Origin: Octopus sinensis
Taxonomy: Eukaryota
Reading direction: 5' to 3'
Assembly: GCF_006345805.1 (NCBI RefSeq)
Contig: NC_043000.1
Span: forward strand, 5,890,001 to 5,954,000
Length of the DNA: 64,000 bases
This document shows, one piece after another, positions 60,846-64,000 of this stretch. The position numbers were made by a program, and so were the translations under genes. Position 1 is the stretch's first letter. Each line of letters begins with the position of its first letter. The notes under the pieces were generated by a model, which saw nothing but the letters and a program-made list of their open reading frames with translations, searched no databases and was not told the origin of the DNA.

Positions 60846-62242
60846 TAAATGAGCTGCGACGTCACTGGTGCCAAACTGTATTGGCCCCTTTGCCTTTCCC
60901 TTGGATAACATCGGTGGCGTGGAGAGTGGAGGCTGGTATGTATGGGCGACTGCTGGTCTTCCATAAACAACCTTGCCCAGACTTGTGCCTTGGAGGGTAA
61001 CTTTCTAGGTGCAATCTCATGGTCATTCATGACCGAAGGGGTCACAAATGTATTCTGTTGGTCTCTTTTGCTGAACTGTTAAGTTATGGGAATGTAAATA
61101 AACTGACAGTGGTTGTCAAGCAGTGGTGGGGGACAAACACACATGCACACACACATGATGGGCTTCCACATAGTTTCCACTTACCAAATTTACTCACAAC
61201 ACATTGGTTGGTCTGGGGCTGTAGTAAAAGGCACTTGCTCAAGATGCCTACTATGCAATGGGAGTGAACCCAGAACTATGTGGTTTGCAAAGTGAACATC
61301 TTAACCACACAGCCATTCCTGCTGAATTAATGCTAGAAAGTTATACTTGATAGATTTTCCAACTTTCATTTTCAAATATTCTTCTGGGATCTTATCTCTT
61401 CCACCCGTGTTTATCCACTAGTAGGCCCTCTTACCCTTATTTGGTATTCCACCTACTTCTGGGACCATCACTACTTGACAACTTGCCTTGGTATGTTTAC
61501 ATCCCCATAAGTTAACGGTTCACTAAAAGAGACCAATAGAATAAATATCAGGCTTATAAAAAATAAGTATTGGGGTCGATTCGTTTGACCAAAATTCTTC
61601 AAGGTGGTGCTCCAGCATGACCACAGTCTAATGACTGAAACAAATAAAAGATACCACTTATTTCATAGTGAAAAAAAGAACTGATATTCTCTTTGTCTTT
61701 CATTTCTTTGTCTTTCATTTCTTTGGATTGTCTGTCATAAATTTCCGAGTTACATGTTTAGTAATTTAATCATTTCCAGTTAGCTCTTTTGGAACATTCA
61801 AATTCTCAACGTACCTAGGACTTGTGTTGAAAATATTTCTTGTCTGACTCATCGAGTCATTAAGAATGTAAAAAATTTTTTTATAGTGTTCCTAATTTAT
61901 GTCACTATAGATTAACTTTTTTTTCCTTCTTTTTTTTTGTGTTGTTAATTTATGACTAATTTAATATATCAAATTCTGAAAAACTCTTTCAACAGCTTTT
62001 ACAATTTAAAGTTGTCAACTCAATGCAAAGAAATGTTGATAAATCACATGTTGATAAAACTGCTACTATAGAACAAACAACTCCTATTAGGTTTTAAATA
62101 AAATGCAACAGCATGGCTTTTTATACAAATCATCATTGCTCTTAGAAATAGTGTACAGTAGTTAACTAGGCATTAAGATTATTATCTTAATTTTAAAATT
62201 TTATGTATCAAAACGGAAAAAATTTTAAATTGTTGATTTATT

Positions 62243-62535
62243 AAATTACAATATTTTTAAGCATTGGTCAACAGAAATTGTATTGTAGCTCACATCTGAA
62301 AGTGTTTAATTAAAAGCAAAACCTTTTTGAAAGGTATTGCTTCTCACATCATTATCATCATCATCATCATGAAGAATTATCAAAATATGAAGAGATATCA
62401 AAATTACAGTATTTTTAAGCATTGGTCAACAGAAATTGTATTGTAGCTCACATTTGACAGTGTTTAATTAAAAATAAAACCTATTTGGAAGGCATTGCTT
62501 CTCACATCATAATTCTTTATCATCATCATCATCAT
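62243..62535. repeat. Diverged ~125-bp direct repeat, period 158
   Basis: aaattaca.tatttttaagcattggtcaacagaaattgtattgtagctcacat occurs at 62243 and 62401. Confidence 0.85.
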
Positions 62536-64000
62536 TATCATTTAACATCTGTCTTCCATGCTTGGTTCAACAGCATCTAATGAGTTAGAGGACTGCATCA
62601 AACTCTATTGTCTTCTTTGCCATGAATTCCCTGATTAAATGCTCTTCTTAATGCCAACCACTTTACAGACTGCACTAGGTACTTTTTTCATGGCAATAGC
62701 ACTAATGGGATTACCATGTAACTCACAAGATTAATGATCCCCTTTGGTTGAGTGGAAGTTTAGCAAAGTAGCCTTATACTAGGTGTTGAGAGGTCAAAGT
62801 ATGACTGAGGCACAAAAACTGTTTTTTTTTTTGCTGTAGAGGAGATACATGGCCACCTCACATCATATTGGAGTGGAGCTAGAATGGGACATATATAGTT
62901 AATTAGTGAAAAACAAAAAGAAAAATTATTTAGTGTATGAAACAGAACAATACATACAAAAATATTGTTTCTCGTTTTATTTGGGAGGCTTGCTCAGATA
63001 TCTTTCACAGGCATTTTAATCTCTACTTTAATAAATTTTAAACAAATTAGAAAGTATGGCCTTTGACTTAACCCCTTTGTTATATTTCTGTAGAAATACA
63101 CTGCTTTTGTTTCAATTAATTTTGGAAAGGATGAAGAATTTAGTAAAATAACTTGGCCATTATTAAACTGATATTTGGAATATAAATTAACATGAACTTT
63201 TAATGGATGGTTTTAATCAAATTAAATCAGTTTAAAACAAGAAATTTGTATCATACAACCAAAGGCAGCCTTGGGCAGATTAGTTTCAAATCTGTTAAGG
63301 TCATTTGTTCTTCAACCCTTTCATTACCATATTTCTGTTAAAATTCAATGCCTTTGTTTCAATTAATTATTAAAATAATGAAGAATTTTATTAGAATAAC
63401 TTTATCCTTATTAAGCTGTGTTTGGAGCATAAATTAACATGAAATTTTGATGGAAGATTTTCTTTCAGATCACTTTAAAACAGCAAATTATAATCATAGA
63501 GCCAAGGGCAGTCTTGGACAGGTCGGTATCAAGAGAGTTAACCATTTTTAGTTAGTTGGAAACATTGTGTTGCTAACCATGTGGAGTACGGCTATAATCT
63601 GTAAGTTCAAGGTGTTACACAGAACAATATAAAAGAACATCCTAAATACTTTCTGGAATCATTACTTGGATATATGTTATAAACAATGAACTGAACTGTA
63701 TGCTGACTAATAGAGTTTGATGCCAAACTATGTTCGGAAGATTTTTTTTTTTTTTAAGGCCAAAAAATACCCCACACCTGAGTAATTGCTGCTTCTCTCT
63801 AAGGCCCAAATATTTCCTTCTGTTGAATATTATTTTTATGTCTGGGATGATTTGTCTACTCCCATTACTTCTGTTGCTCATATTCTACAGAATTGGTTTC
63901 CCAATTTTTTTTATTTTGTTCACGTCTCCCCTTCTGAATCTAACTTATCTCTGCGTCCACCTGCACCCCACCCCAGTAAGGGATACATTAAAAACAAACA

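Overview
AT-rich, microsatellite-dense eukaryotic DNA with no prokaryotic signal. The SINE/RTE repertoire and (TA)n/(CA)n/(GAT)n load look like an octopus (coleoid cephalopod) genome; this is inferred from repeat style, not from a database match. Only one host coding exon is recognisable: the first coding exon of an alpha-arrestin (ARRDC-like) gene at 29313-29571 (+). I found no second exon in the remaining ~34 kb, so that stretch is probably a long first intron. Nearly all other listed ORFs are microsatellite or transposon artefacts. The rest of the window is tRNA-derived SINEs, RTE LINE fragments and 3' tails, Tc1/mariner relics, piggyBac-, hAT- and Merlin-like MITEs, Helentron-type non-autonomous elements and a truncated U2 snRNA copy. 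The main result of the hunt is a set of sequence-unrelated, (TA)n-flanked non-coding elements that are palindromic or partially tandem. Several carry type I hammerhead ribozyme cores with a self-complementary helix III: intact at 24793-24858, 58408-58491 and 58577-58660, near-intact at 57509-57560, and degenerate at 51-151, 4333, 36372 and 47681. This is the architecture of Penelope-like pLTRs and metazoan retrozymes. All ribozyme folds were made by eye and none has been tested.
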